Positions 49,536 through 58,990 of a stretch of DNA of 64,000 nt are shown here, piece after piece. The position numbers and the translations under genes are program-made. Numbering within the stretch: position 1 is the first letter of the stretch; every line of letters begins with the position of its first letter. The DNA is from Bdellovibrionota bacterium. GTDB lineage: Bacteria > Bdellovibrionota_C > UBA2361 > OMII01. Location: contig JBIJBE010000006.1 in the NCBI GenBank assembly GCA_044345405.1, positions 1-64,000 on the forward strand, given 5' to 3'. The notes beneath the pieces are model-generated. The model was not told the origin of the DNA and did no database searches. It saw nothing but the letters and a program-made list of their open reading frames with translations.

Positions 49536-50420
49536 TTAGTACTCAGCGCCGATCAGAAGCTCCTCGATACTCACATCGAGCGCCTTCGCCAACTTTGAGA
49601 TCGCGCCGATGCTGATGTTTTGCTTTCCGTGCTCCACCGCGCTGATGTAGGCACGGTCAAGGTCTGAGTTAGTCGCAAGCTCCTGCTGGCTGAAACCTCG
49701 TAGCTTTCGATACTCGTGAACGGAGTGACCGAGCTTTCGCAAGAAGAGTCCGAGCGAGTTCTCAGCGTTTAAGAGACCACACACCTGCCGCGCCGAGATC
49801 ACCGCCGTCTGTGGGTCAGCTGCGAACGCGTCGGCTTTAACCTGTTCGGCGAGGTCGGGATTCATGATAAACGTCGCGCCACCAACGATAACTTTCGGAG
49901 CCGGATTGAGCTTCTTCAATTCCTGAACTAACTTCGCCGCCACCGGAACGAGTCCGGTCAGGGAGCACGACACACACACAAGGTGCGCACCGCGAGCTTT
50001 CGAAAACGGTACGAGATGATCCGTTGGTACGTCAGCACCGAGGAAGTCGACCTCCCATCCATCCACCGAGAGAAAATCCGCGACAGCTTGGGCCCCGATA
50101 AAATGTTGGTCACCCTCAACGGAGCTAACCACCGCTTTGAGACCGAGCTTTAGCCGGGTCTTTAAGAGACCCTTGAGGCGGGTCATCTGTCGTAAGGTAA
50201 TCTGCGTGGCGATGTGTTCTTGCGGTATAGAGATCTCTCCTCTGTGCCAGCGGGCGCCTAGCTCTACCTGCACGGGCATAAGGACGTCGAGGTACAGCTT
50301 TGAGGGAATGACTCCACTGGCGAGGCCCTGGTCCAGAACCTTGTGCGCTTCATCCGCATTACCGTCTAAAACGGCCGTAGCGTATGCGCTCCTCAGCTTG
50401 GTAAGTATGTCTGTGACCAC
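49536..50420 (-). CDS. cobalamin-binding domain protein with C-terminal XRE HTH
   Basis: WHRGEISIPQEH, GDQHFIG, LGADVP, VGG; C-terminal SQQELA...DRAYISAVEHGKQN. Confidence 0.85.
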   Translation of the reverse strand: MVTDILTKLRSAYATAVLDGNADEAHKVLDQGLASGVIPSKLYLDVLMPVQVELGARWHRGEISIPQEHIATQITLRQMTRLKGLLKTRLKLGLKAVVSSVEGDQHFIGAQAVADFLSVDGWEVDFLGADVPTDHLVPFSKARGAHLVCVSCSLTGLVPVAAKLVQELKKLNPAPKVIVGGATFIMNPDLAEQVKADAFAADPQTAVISARQVCGLLNAENSLGLFLRKLGHSVHEYRKLRGFSQQELATNSDLDRAYISAVEHGKQNISIGAISKLAKALDVSIEELLIGAEY

Positions 50421-50595
50421 AAAACCACCTCGTGTATTTGTTATATACCAAATTATGGTAGCAGATGCTGAATAAAGACACCAGCAGAGGTCGCTGGATT
50501 GAGTAAATAGAACAGTTTGTGGTGACGATCAAAAAGCCACGCTGTTTCAATATGTTAAATCACCGAACTCCTGGGACCAGACATAACCCTAGGGT

Positions 50596-51573
50596 ATGAG
50601 TTCGCTGCGAGACCACTTCCAAACACTGGGGCTAACGGAAAACGCCTCCCTTGATGACGCACTCGCGTCGTACAAGGACCTCGTGCGGGTGTGGCATCCG
50701 GACCGCTTCGGTCACGACGCTCGGTTAAGAAAGAAGGCCGAGGAGCAAACGAGTCGAATCAACGTGGCGATGGCTCAGGTACGGGAGTTCTTTAAAAATC
50801 CATCTGCGTATCGCCGTCAAAACGAGCCACAAGCGACCCATCGTTCCGCGCCGCCGACCAGCGCCCCTCCCGTAGCACCGTCGCTTGGAAAGGCGCTCGC
50901 TGTTCACCAGCGGAGAGGCGTTTCCTTGGCTCATATCGCGTTCGGCCTCCTCGTTCTTCAGCTCGGATGGTGGATGTCTATTGAACACCCTGGAACCGCC
51001 GGACAGATTGCGCTCGGCGTGGTGATGTGCGGCTACGGCTTCTCCTCCGCGCTTTTCGCGCTCACAATCCTATGCTTCCGAAGACCTGTCATTTCCCTGA
51101 CAAATAGCTCGATCGGGATACTCGGCAGACCAAGGATTCGCATCGACGAGATAGCGGCATCGCACTTGGTGGTTACAACAAAAGGCTCCGTTTTTACTCT
51201 GCAAGCATCACCCCGTTACCTGAAGAGAACCCCGCTTCCGCTCAGATTGTGGCTTCAAGGACTTCTTCTCGCTCGGCGTAGTCACTACGAGGTGAAAGCG
51301 ACCGCTCTTGATACGCACCCGGCGGTTATCCTCGACACCTTAGACCTCATAACCGCTCGAGGTGTCGCACCATCGCCAGCCCCATCTCCGCACGTGGCCG
51401 CCTGGGGATACTACGCCTTCGCGTTTTCTATCGTGACCTTGGCAGTGCCGGTCATCCGTCTCTTTATGGAGGGGCCGTTACCGCCGACAGCTGTCCTCCC
51501 GTACCTGGCCCTCTTTGCCATATTACAGACGAGCTCGGTCATTAAAACGGTCGTTCTAGCGCCAACTCGATAA
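50596..51573 (+). CDS. J-domain membrane protein
   Basis: N-terminal J domain with WHPDRF followed by four TM segments. Confidence 0.8.
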   Translation: MSSLRDHFQTLGLTENASLDDALASYKDLVRVWHPDRFGHDARLRKKAEEQTSRINVAMAQVREFFKNPSAYRRQNEPQATHRSAPPTSAPPVAPSLGKALAVHQRRGVSLAHIAFGLLVLQLGWWMSIEHPGTAGQIALGVVMCGYGFSSALFALTILCFRRPVISLTNSSIGILGRPRIRIDEIAASHLVVTTKGSVFTLQASPRYLKRTPLPLRLWLQGLLLARRSHYEVKATALDTHPAVILDTLDLITARGVAPSPAPSPHVAAWGYYAFAFSIVTLAVPVIRLFMEGPLPPTAVLPYLALFAILQTSSVIKTVVLAPTR

Positions 51574-51586
51574 CCCGAGCCACCGA

Positions 51587-51615
51587 TTGAAACCTTGGGT
51601 AAGACTCGCTATAAA
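51587..51615 (+). promoter_or_regulatory. putative sigma70 promoter for tRNA-Thr
   Basis: TTGAAA-N17-TATAAA. Confidence 0.55.
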
Positions 51616-51706
51616 TGAGAAAAAGGCACCGTGAGGTGTCTCTTTTGCGGACCGATTCCGGGCTCTCAAGCGTCTAGTAGAGAGAGACCCAGTTCTTGGT
51701 TCTTGG

Positions 51707-51782
51707 GCCGCCCTAGCTCAGTTGGTAGAGCACTTCATTCGTAATGAAGGGGTCGCGTGTTCGATTCACGTGGGCGGCTCCA
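51707..51782 (+). tRNA. tRNA-Thr (anticodon CGT)
   Basis: GCCGCCC/GGGCGGC acceptor stem, D arm AGCTCAGTTGGTAGAGC, anticodon arm CTTCA-TTCGTAA-TGAAG, TTCGATT T loop, encoded CCA. Confidence 0.96.
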
Positions 51783-51915
51783 ATCTTCGCTTCCTTCGGA
51801 AGCTTCGGCTGGCGGGCCGTCTTCCCTCCTCCACATAGCCTCTCAGGTATCCAACGCTCTCAAATCCCAGACTTCACTAGTCTCTAATAGTCGTCTTCTA
51901 GAGGAATCATTATCA

Positions 51916-53220
51916 ATGGCAACCCCACAGTCATTTGATAAGGGGGCCGAACTTGATACCCTCCATCGGTCTGCTACCAACTCTGATGCTACCCATATGA
52001 GCCGACTTGCTTCTCCCCCCATCACTTCCCTTGCGACACTGAGTTTCGACGAGCGCGTCGGCAATGCCCTGCAATCACACATTCAAGAGGGAGATCCTCT
52101 CGGCGGTCGGTACCCTCGTGGTGCGTCCTACCTGCTTCCAAAGTCGGGCGATGGCGGAGAGACGCAAGATTATGGTCGGCAAGGTCACGAAGGGGGAAAG
52201 CACGTTGAAAATGTTTTAAGAGCGGCTGAACTTGGGGAGCATTGCTACGCCTTTTCTGATGGCATGCGCGCAATCGCCGCGGCTACAACGGCAGCAACTA
52301 AGCTGGCAGGAGGTGATCGACCAACCGTGTTGCTTCACCGTTCTGTATATGGAGGAACGCATCGTTTCTTTTCCGAAGAACATCAAGAGAAACACATCTC
52401 GTTAGAAAGCATCGACCTTACCGACCCAAACGTTGGTGAAGAGATTCGTCGCAGAAAGCCAACACTAATCGTCGGCGAACCGGTCACAAATCCCTTGCTT
52501 GATGTAGTGGACCTCAAACCAGCTATGGAAGCCGCCCGAGACATCGGCGCGACCATGATCCTCGACAACACCCTCACAACTGGACGCGCATGTATTCCCC
52601 TGCAAATCGCGAGGGAGGTTGGCTTCGACAAACTTTTGAATGTACTGAGCCTCACCAAAGCCTACACAGCGGGCACGCTGAGCGGCGCGGTTCTCACCGA
52701 TAATCCAGATCTAGCTAAGCTGCTCTTCGAGGATCGTCGCCGAAAGGGCGGCGCACTTCCGGCAGACAGCGCTGCCTCTGTTATCGACGGATTCAAGTCC
52801 ATGGACGTCCGTTTAGAAAGAATGACGCAAACAACGATGGTGGTTCTGGAACACCTTTCAAATAACCCTGTGGATGGTGTCGAGATATTGCATCCATTTG
52901 TGGCGAAAGGGAGGCAACGTGAACTCGCGAATCGTTACCTTGTTGGCTGCCCAGCCGTATTCACTCTCAGGTGTCATCTACCCGAGGAACGTTATCAGAA
53001 CCTACTTGAAGCACTCTCCGGCGTTTTTCTCAGAGCCAATAGTTTCAACGGGCATTATCCGATGATGAGCGAGTCCTCAACTCAATCTCATGCGAGCGTG
53101 AAGGATGCTCAAGCTAAGAAGGATGCGGGCGTGGAAGCAGGTATCATTCGCCTATCAGGGGGATCGGTCTTCGCTCCACAGACGATACTTAACAAGGTAA
53201 AGAGCATCTTCCGGGCTTAG
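51916..53220 (+). CDS. divergent Cys/Met metabolism PLP-dependent enzyme (cystathionine gamma-synthase/lyase family)
   Basis: FSDGMRAI, VYGGT, EPVTNP, DNT, SLTK (PLP lysine), IRLS; GAGGA before ATG 51916. Confidence 0.8.
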   Translation: MATPQSFDKGAELDTLHRSATNSDATHMSRLASPPITSLATLSFDERVGNALQSHIQEGDPLGGRYPRGASYLLPKSGDGGETQDYGRQGHEGGKHVENVLRAAELGEHCYAFSDGMRAIAAATTAATKLAGGDRPTVLLHRSVYGGTHRFFSEEHQEKHISLESIDLTDPNVGEEIRRRKPTLIVGEPVTNPLLDVVDLKPAMEAARDIGATMILDNTLTTGRACIPLQIAREVGFDKLLNVLSLTKAYTAGTLSGAVLTDNPDLAKLLFEDRRRKGGALPADSAASVIDGFKSMDVRLERMTQTTMVVLEHLSNNPVDGVEILHPFVAKGRQRELANRYLVGCPAVFTLRCHLPEERYQNLLEALSGVFLRANSFNGHYPMMSESSTQSHASVKDAQAKKDAGVEAGIIRLSGGSVFAPQTILNKVKSIFRA

Positions 53221-53341
53221 TAGGGTAGGTTAGAACAGGGAGAGACGGTGTAAACACAGAACCTCACTGCATTCCCCTATAAAAGCACCCATTCCGCCCC
53301 CATCCCTTCAGCCCCCGCGTTGTTCCGCCGACGGACGTCTC

Positions 53342-54448
53342 ATGGAACAGGTACATGCCCCGTCTCGGATCGACGAATCACCTCACGCCGAAGCCCCTCA
53401 ACAGGTAGAGCAGTGCGCCTTCACGGGCACCGGTGATGGATACGCCAAAGTTTTCTTCGCGAACCTTGCGCTTAATTTGATCACGTTTGGGTTCTACAGT
53501 CCGTGGGCGAAGGTGCGGCGACTGAAATACTTTCATCACAATACGGTGCTCGCTGGGTCATCCTTTGAATACACAGCCAACCCGTGGTCGATCTGTAAGG
53601 GACGACTCATCGTGCTGGGATTGTTTATTGTCTTTTCCGCGCTCTCCGCGGTTCCGGTTTTGAATATCGTGATGTATGTAGCGTTCCTGTGCGTCGTTCC
53701 ACGATTGATCCTGCAAACGTATCGATTTCGAGCTCGTTACTCTGAGTATCGAGGCTTGAAATTTCACTTTAATGGAACCACCTGGGATGTGTTCCTGTAC
53801 TCGATGCTCTATAGATTTTTGGCGATTATCCCCCTTGGGCTTCTCGTTCCGACAGCCCGAGCCGCGGAGCGACGCTACGTTATGAGCCAACTCCAATTCG
53901 GCACGGCACGGTTCACAGGGAGAACCACCGCTCGGGATTTTTGGGGCGTGTACCTAACCACGGCGGGCGTGGGCCTCCTGGTCACCCTGCCGGTTATCGC
54001 GCTTATCGCCTTCCGGGCTTTTGTCGCTATCTTTTTTTACGCGCCACCCGATCAGGGTGACACCAGCGCCCTCGGCACCTTCATGCCCGCCTTGATTACA
54101 GTCGCTATGAACATCGTGGTTGTTTTGTCGATAGCGCCTCTTTTTCATGCTCTGGTTGGGAGAGCGACGTGGAACGGCGCTACCGTGGGTGATGCCACTA
54201 TTGCCTACGCCCCGAGGGTGAGCTCCCTTCTCAAGCTCGGTGCTCTTAACGCCGTGCTGATCATCTGCACTCTCGGCCTCGCGTATCCATGGTGCGTCGT
54301 TCGCCTTCTTCAGTACAAGATGTCGTGCCTCTCCATAGCAAGCACGGAGGGGGTCCAAAGTTTCGTCGGAACCCAGCAGGTGGAGGTGCAGGCGCTTGGG
54401 GATCAGGCCGCGGAGGTTTTGAACATGGACCTTGATTTTGGATTCTAG
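53342..54448 (+). CDS. YjgN/DUF898 family membrane protein
   Basis: FTGTG...NLALNLITFGFYSPWAKVR, TLGLAYPW. Confidence 0.88.
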   Translation: MEQVHAPSRIDESPHAEAPQQVEQCAFTGTGDGYAKVFFANLALNLITFGFYSPWAKVRRLKYFHHNTVLAGSSFEYTANPWSICKGRLIVLGLFIVFSALSAVPVLNIVMYVAFLCVVPRLILQTYRFRARYSEYRGLKFHFNGTTWDVFLYSMLYRFLAIIPLGLLVPTARAAERRYVMSQLQFGTARFTGRTTARDFWGVYLTTAGVGLLVTLPVIALIAFRAFVAIFFYAPPDQGDTSALGTFMPALITVAMNIVVVLSIAPLFHALVGRATWNGATVGDATIAYAPRVSSLLKLGALNAVLIICTLGLAYPWCVVRLLQYKMSCLSIASTEGVQSFVGTQQVEVQALGDQAAEVLNMDLDFGF

Positions 54449-54451
54449 GGA

Positions 54452-55516
54452 ATGGCATCACACAAGGTAACCGGGTCTCTGTTTGATGGATTAAGCGCCA
54501 AACCCGAGAGCGTATCGGTAGAGATACACGAGCCTTCCGGCGACATGACGATCTGGCGGGCGAGCGGAGAGCGCAACGAGGCAACTCGGGGAGACCTCTC
54601 CTTTGAACTCTTCGATGATAGTCCCCTTATACCAATCACGGTGCGATCGATCGGTCGAATCGAACTCCCAAACACCCTTGAGACGCGAGAGGCGCTCGGA
54701 AAACATCTCTCGCTGAGCGGGAAGATCCCGGCATGGATGGAGCGATGCGCGTATCGGGCCATCGTGGGAATGGCGGGCGCGCTCGCTATCATCACGCTCT
54801 TTGTGATCTACGCGCCTCCCCTGGTTATTCCACTCATGCGCCCGCTCGTGACCCAGGGAATTCAATCAGCGATCGCAGACCAATCATTCGCCGTTCTGGA
54901 TCGGATTATCTTACAACCTTCCTCCCTAGACGAATCAAAGCAACGCGCGGTGGCCGATGACGCTCTAAGATTACAGGAGCGGTTCTTTCCGGAGCGGCCA
55001 ATCAAGGTTCTCTTTCGACAGGTGCGTAATCGGCCAACCATGATGAACGCCGCGGCTCTCATTCCAAACAATATGATCATTATCGACGCTATCGTGACCG
55101 GGCTTACGCATGATGAACTGAAGGCGGTACTGCTCCACGAGCTTGGTCATCTCAAATTTAATCACGGCGTCGATGCGTTGCTGAGGGCGTCGTTCCTCGG
55201 AGTCACCTCACTCATGATCCTCGGTGGCGATCCAGGAACGATGCATGGTATCGCCATCTCCCTTTTGCACGCGCAGTACTCCCAGGCAAACGAAATGCAG
55301 GCTGATCACTTCGCGGCTGAAAGCCTCAAGGCTATGGGGCTCGATCCGATGCTCTTGGCGTCGGCGCTGGATAAACTCGAACAAGCCGCGGAGAACTCAT
55401 CCTCTGACGGCGACAAGGACGCCTCGGATTATTTCGCCTCCCATCCTCGAACGTCTGAACGCAAAGCGGCACTCACAGCGTTTACGAGTGAACATCCGAA
55501 TGAGAGGGAGCCTTAA
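54452..55516 (+). CDS. M48 family metallopeptidase
   Basis: NAAALI, VLLHELGH, YSQANEMQAD, ASHP; the usual partner of YjgN. Confidence 0.9.
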   Translation: MASHKVTGSLFDGLSAKPESVSVEIHEPSGDMTIWRASGERNEATRGDLSFELFDDSPLIPITVRSIGRIELPNTLETREALGKHLSLSGKIPAWMERCAYRAIVGMAGALAIITLFVIYAPPLVIPLMRPLVTQGIQSAIADQSFAVLDRIILQPSSLDESKQRAVADDALRLQERFFPERPIKVLFRQVRNRPTMMNAAALIPNNMIIIDAIVTGLTHDELKAVLLHELGHLKFNHGVDALLRASFLGVTSLMILGGDPGTMHGIAISLLHAQYSQANEMQADHFAAESLKAMGLDPMLLASALDKLEQAAENSSSDGDKDASDYFASHPRTSERKAALTAFTSEHPNEREP

Positions 55517-55537
55517 CACGCTTCTCTCGAAAATAGG

Positions 55538-55572
55538 GAAGCCCCGGGCGCGAACCCGAGGCTTCCAGTTTT
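55538..55572. terminator. hairpin terminator between convergent genes
   Basis: GGAAGCCCCGGG...CCCGAGGCTTCC followed by AGTTTTT. Confidence 0.6.
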
Positions 55573-55608
55573 TATCGCCACCACGGCGCTGTAACGAGCG
55601 AAACCCTT

Positions 55609-56007
55609 CTACGCTTGGATTCCTACGTCGTTAAAGAATGTTCCTATCAACGACCGCAGAATAAAGGATCCCACGGCGACGACGAGGAGGCTTAACGATG
55701 CCTTGTACTGACCGAAGGCGGCAGACATGATCGCGCCAACTCCAGCGGCTGCCATGATCAACGCTCCAAACGCCCCCTCGAGGTAGGTCATAATCGCATT
55801 GACCGCGGCATCGATCCTCTCGGCGTTGTACTGAATAGCCGCCCCGGAGCTGACTTGCGCCATGGCGTCATCCACTACGCCGGCAACAACAATTGCCGTA
55901 CCCACCGCGAAAAGCGCGAATGAGAACACCGACTCAGCCCGAGGGCCTCCAAACACCGAGCGTCCACGAACGCTCGGCACACACGTATCCGTTGTGTCGT
56001 TCTTCAT
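55609..56007 (-). CDS. TrbC/VirB2-like small membrane protein
   Basis: Signal ending in AMA, followed by two short hydrophobic helices (EGAFGALIMAAAGVGAI; LLVVAVGSFILRSLI). Confidence 0.55.
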   Translation of the reverse strand: MKNDTTDTCVPSVRGRSVFGGPRAESVFSFALFAVGTAIVVAGVVDDAMAQVSSGAAIQYNAERIDAAVNAIMTYLEGAFGALIMAAAGVGAIMSAAFGQYKASLSLLVVAVGSFILRSLIGTFFNDVGIQA

Positions 56008-56369
56008 ACCGTATCCTTTTTATTTTTATGGTTAGTAACATTGCTTCAATGTAACGACGTGGATTCCACGTCCCAGTTTCATAAAGGTTGTGTGCGGGAA
56101 GACGAGCGCCGTTTCCTATCGTGACGATCCTTGTTTTACAGGAAGACAGGTTGCGCCTTGCGCGCCATCTCGATCATCGATTCGGCACGATCGTACGCGA
56201 GTCAGATGGAACCAACGTGAAGAGAATCGTTGATTCCTTAGATGATGTGATGCGGCGCGGTCGCTCGTCGCTGTTCGTTGAAGCGATTCCGTTCGTGGGG
56301 TCGGCTCTTAGAGGCGGAAAAGATAAGAACACGTTTCGTTAGAAAAACCTTGGGCACATCTAAAATCGC

Positions 56370-56397
56370 TCAAGGCAGAGAGAAAGGTCGCCGATAC
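56370..56397 (+). promoter_or_regulatory. putative sigma28-like promoter
   Basis: TCAA-N16-GCCGATAC. Confidence 0.45.
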
Positions 56398-56477
56398 ACC
56401 CTCTGCGGGGGTTTATGACCGCACCCGCATTCACGGTGGATGTTTGCAAACCATCCCGGACGCAAAAGGAGTTGCGT

Positions 56478-56930
56478 ATGAGCGTACGAGGACTTAGTGG
56501 ATATACCCTTTCATGGGTTCAACAACGTGGCGGGGCCCAACCCCAGAAAGCCACCTTCTCCGAGGACAAAGCTCGGAAATCATCAAACGAAGCTCGCATA
56601 ATCGAACAGGAAGGCTCTCAGGAGTTCTCAAAAGATGAACTCAAAAAGATGAGGGAGTTCATGGTCGGGATTGGGGAGCGGGTCGACTCCATAGATGGAG
56701 CCATCAATAACTTCGAGCGGATAGACACCAAGCGAAAGGGGGCGATCACCGCCGAGCAGGTGAAGGCATTCGAAAGCGCCTCAGCGGAAGGGGTCGTGCC
56801 TGCGCAACCTCTTATGCTCGACCCAAACGACGCTACCGCCCCAATGGCAAAGGCCCCGATGGAGAGCTACCTCAATAAATACACCGCCAAGACCCAACAG
56901 AAGACCTCGACATTCGAGCGAAGCGAGTAG
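56478..56930 (+). CDS. hypothetical protein with degenerate EF-hand-like loop
   Basis: AGGAG RBS; FERIDTKRKGAITAEQV. Confidence 0.6.
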   Translation: MSVRGLSGYTLSWVQQRGGAQPQKATFSEDKARKSSNEARIIEQEGSQEFSKDELKKMREFMVGIGERVDSIDGAINNFERIDTKRKGAITAEQVKAFESASAEGVVPAQPLMLDPNDATAPMAKAPMESYLNKYTAKTQQKTSTFERSE

Positions 56931-57308
56931 CGCGTCCCATGCGGGTCTGAGTGTCCCACTCCCTGACAGACGTCCACGCTTTCGGGGGCCTGATTCCAGG
57001 CTAGAGCCCGGTATTCCCTTACAAAAGTAAGCGCTCAACCCTCAAGCTTAAAAAATCGCTTTATGGATAGGTAATTATCCTGCTATACTTATCGTATCTG
57101 GTGAATTTGTAGGAGGCGTCACGGTCCACCACAGCGAAAACATCAATCGCACCCCTCGACAACAAGCACTCTTCTGCGCGCTAAAATCCCCTCTTCGCAG
57201 TCATCCTCTCAACTCGAACCGTCACATTCTCAACACGATTGGGTATCATTTTATCGTTCCTATAGTTAATCTACGTGTCTATTTGCCTAATGGAGGATCC
57301 CGCGAACT

Positions 57309-57695
57309 ATGAGAAAAAACCTCGCTGTAGTCGAAGCTACCAAAGATGAGTCTTTGGCCGTATCCAAGCAGATCGTACAGGCCTGTGAAGAAGTAAAGGC
57401 AACCGAGGTCGTAGTTCTTGATGTCGCGTCCGTGTCAGACTTCGCGGACTATTTCATCGTGGCGAGTGGGCGTTCCGATCGTCAGGTTCAGGGAATCACC
57501 AATAGGGTGATCGAAGAATTAGCCAAGGTCGGAGTTCGACCTCTCTCAGTAGAGGGATATGAGGATGGTCAATGGGTCCTCATCGACTGCGGCGATGTCG
57601 TCGCGCACGTATTCTACGAGCCGGTTCGCTCGGAGTACGACCTTGAGAGCTTGTGGATGCGGGCTCGTAAGCTTGATCTCGTTAAGGCGGCCTAA
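57309..57695 (+). CDS. rsfS: ribosome silencing factor
   Basis: ADYFIVASGRSDRQV, EG...WVLIDCGDVVAHVF...YDLESLW. Confidence 0.95.
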   Translation: MRKNLAVVEATKDESLAVSKQIVQACEEVKATEVVVLDVASVSDFADYFIVASGRSDRQVQGITNRVIEELAKVGVRPLSVEGYEDGQWVLIDCGDVVAHVFYEPVRSEYDLESLWMRARKLDLVKAA

Positions 57696-58077
57696 GGGCG
57701 ACGAAAACAAACTCTGCCGCACTCTCAAAGATGTCTTGCAAAGCGATGACGATCACGTCGACGTGGGACGTCCTAGGTAAACCGTCGACGGCTCACGGTG
57801 TACGTTTTGCGGTCGACGTCAGTCATCATAGTGCATCCCTTTGTACACTGCGGATCGCAAGAGGTTCTGGGCAAGGGCAAGGGAGCCAGGAGGCTAAATA
57901 CCGTTCTATTTCAACACCCTGTAGTACGACTCAAACCGATGAGCTCTCATACCGGTAATAAAGGTCATGGCCCTTCTCGTGGTTTTTAGTCACCTAAAAA
58001 GGCCTAAGCCTTGTTCTGCCTAGCTCATCATGTCACGATCGAGGCCCGGTTAATTGTATACGTACGCAGAAGGAACC

Positions 58078-58968
58078 ATGTACCACGGAGATGTTGAGAA
58101 TAAGAACGAGCCATTCAGCTTCATGAATATCGTCAAGCAGGGAGTGTTCTGGTCTGTACACCTCGCCTGCCTTGCGGTCATCTGGGTTGGTTGGAGCTGG
58201 ACCGCGGTAACGGTATGTCTCGCCCTCTACGTGATACGTATGTTCGCGATTACGGGCGTTTATCATCGCTACTTCTCGCACCGGTCGTACGACACAAGCA
58301 GGGTGTTTCAATTTCTCTTGGCGTTACTTGGAACCACAGCGGCTCAGAAGGGACCGATCTGGTGGGCCTCGCACCACCGCCATCACCACCGTCACTCAGA
58401 CACCGAAGAAGATATTCACTCACCGATCGTTCACGGTATCTACTTCTCGCATATCGGTTGGGTGTTGAGCTCTCAGTTCCTTGAGCCCCGCCTCGACCTC
58501 GTCAAGGATCTCACGAAATACAAAGAGCTCACCATTCTTGAGAAGTACAATGTGATTCCGGTGGTCCTTCTCGCGGTGTGCACATTCTTCCTTGGAGTGT
58601 ATCTCCAGAGCGCGCATCCCGAGCTTGGAACAAACGGTTGGCAGATGCTCGTATGGGGCTTCTTCATCAGCACCGTGCTGCTCTACCACGGCACGTTCTG
58701 CATCAACTCATTTACTCACCTGATTGGAAAGCGGCGATTCCCTTCCACCGACCACAGCCGCAACCACTGGTTCTTGGCCCTGATAACTCTCGGCGAAGGA
58801 TGGCACAACAATCACCACTACTATCCTGGTTCAGAGCGCCAGGGCTTCTACTGGTGGGAGATCGATGTCTCGCACTACATCTTAAAGGTGCTCTCATGGT
58901 TCGGCTTGGTATGGAATCTTCGCGTTCCTCCACAGCGTGTCTATGAGGCCGCTGGAAAGCTTTCGTAG
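58078..58968 (+). CDS. acyl-CoA/acyl-lipid delta-9 type desaturase
   Basis: His boxes HRYFSH, HRHHH and HNNHH; GEGW. Confidence 0.93.
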   Translation: MYHGDVENKNEPFSFMNIVKQGVFWSVHLACLAVIWVGWSWTAVTVCLALYVIRMFAITGVYHRYFSHRSYDTSRVFQFLLALLGTTAAQKGPIWWASHHRHHHRHSDTEEDIHSPIVHGIYFSHIGWVLSSQFLEPRLDLVKDLTKYKELTILEKYNVIPVVLLAVCTFFLGVYLQSAHPELGTNGWQMLVWGFFISTVLLYHGTFCINSFTHLIGKRRFPSTDHSRNHWFLALITLGEGWHNNHHYYPGSERQGFYWWEIDVSHYILKVLSWFGLVWNLRVPPQRVYEAAGKLS

Positions 58969-58990
58969 TTTGTTTTCACTATGAGGCGAG

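Noticed and set aside
51707-51782. tRNA-Thr as an integration site for a genomic island
   Set aside because: No integrase and no duplicated tRNA 3' end were seen in the window.
51757-51915. N-terminal extension of the PLP enzyme given in the ORF track
   Set aside because: It overlaps tRNA-Thr; ATG 51916 has an RBS.
56445-56470. c-di-GMP-I riboswitch (GCAAACC...GGACGCAAA)
   Set aside because: The GAAA-tetraloop stem and the downstream receptor helix are absent; the motif runs straight into the RBS.
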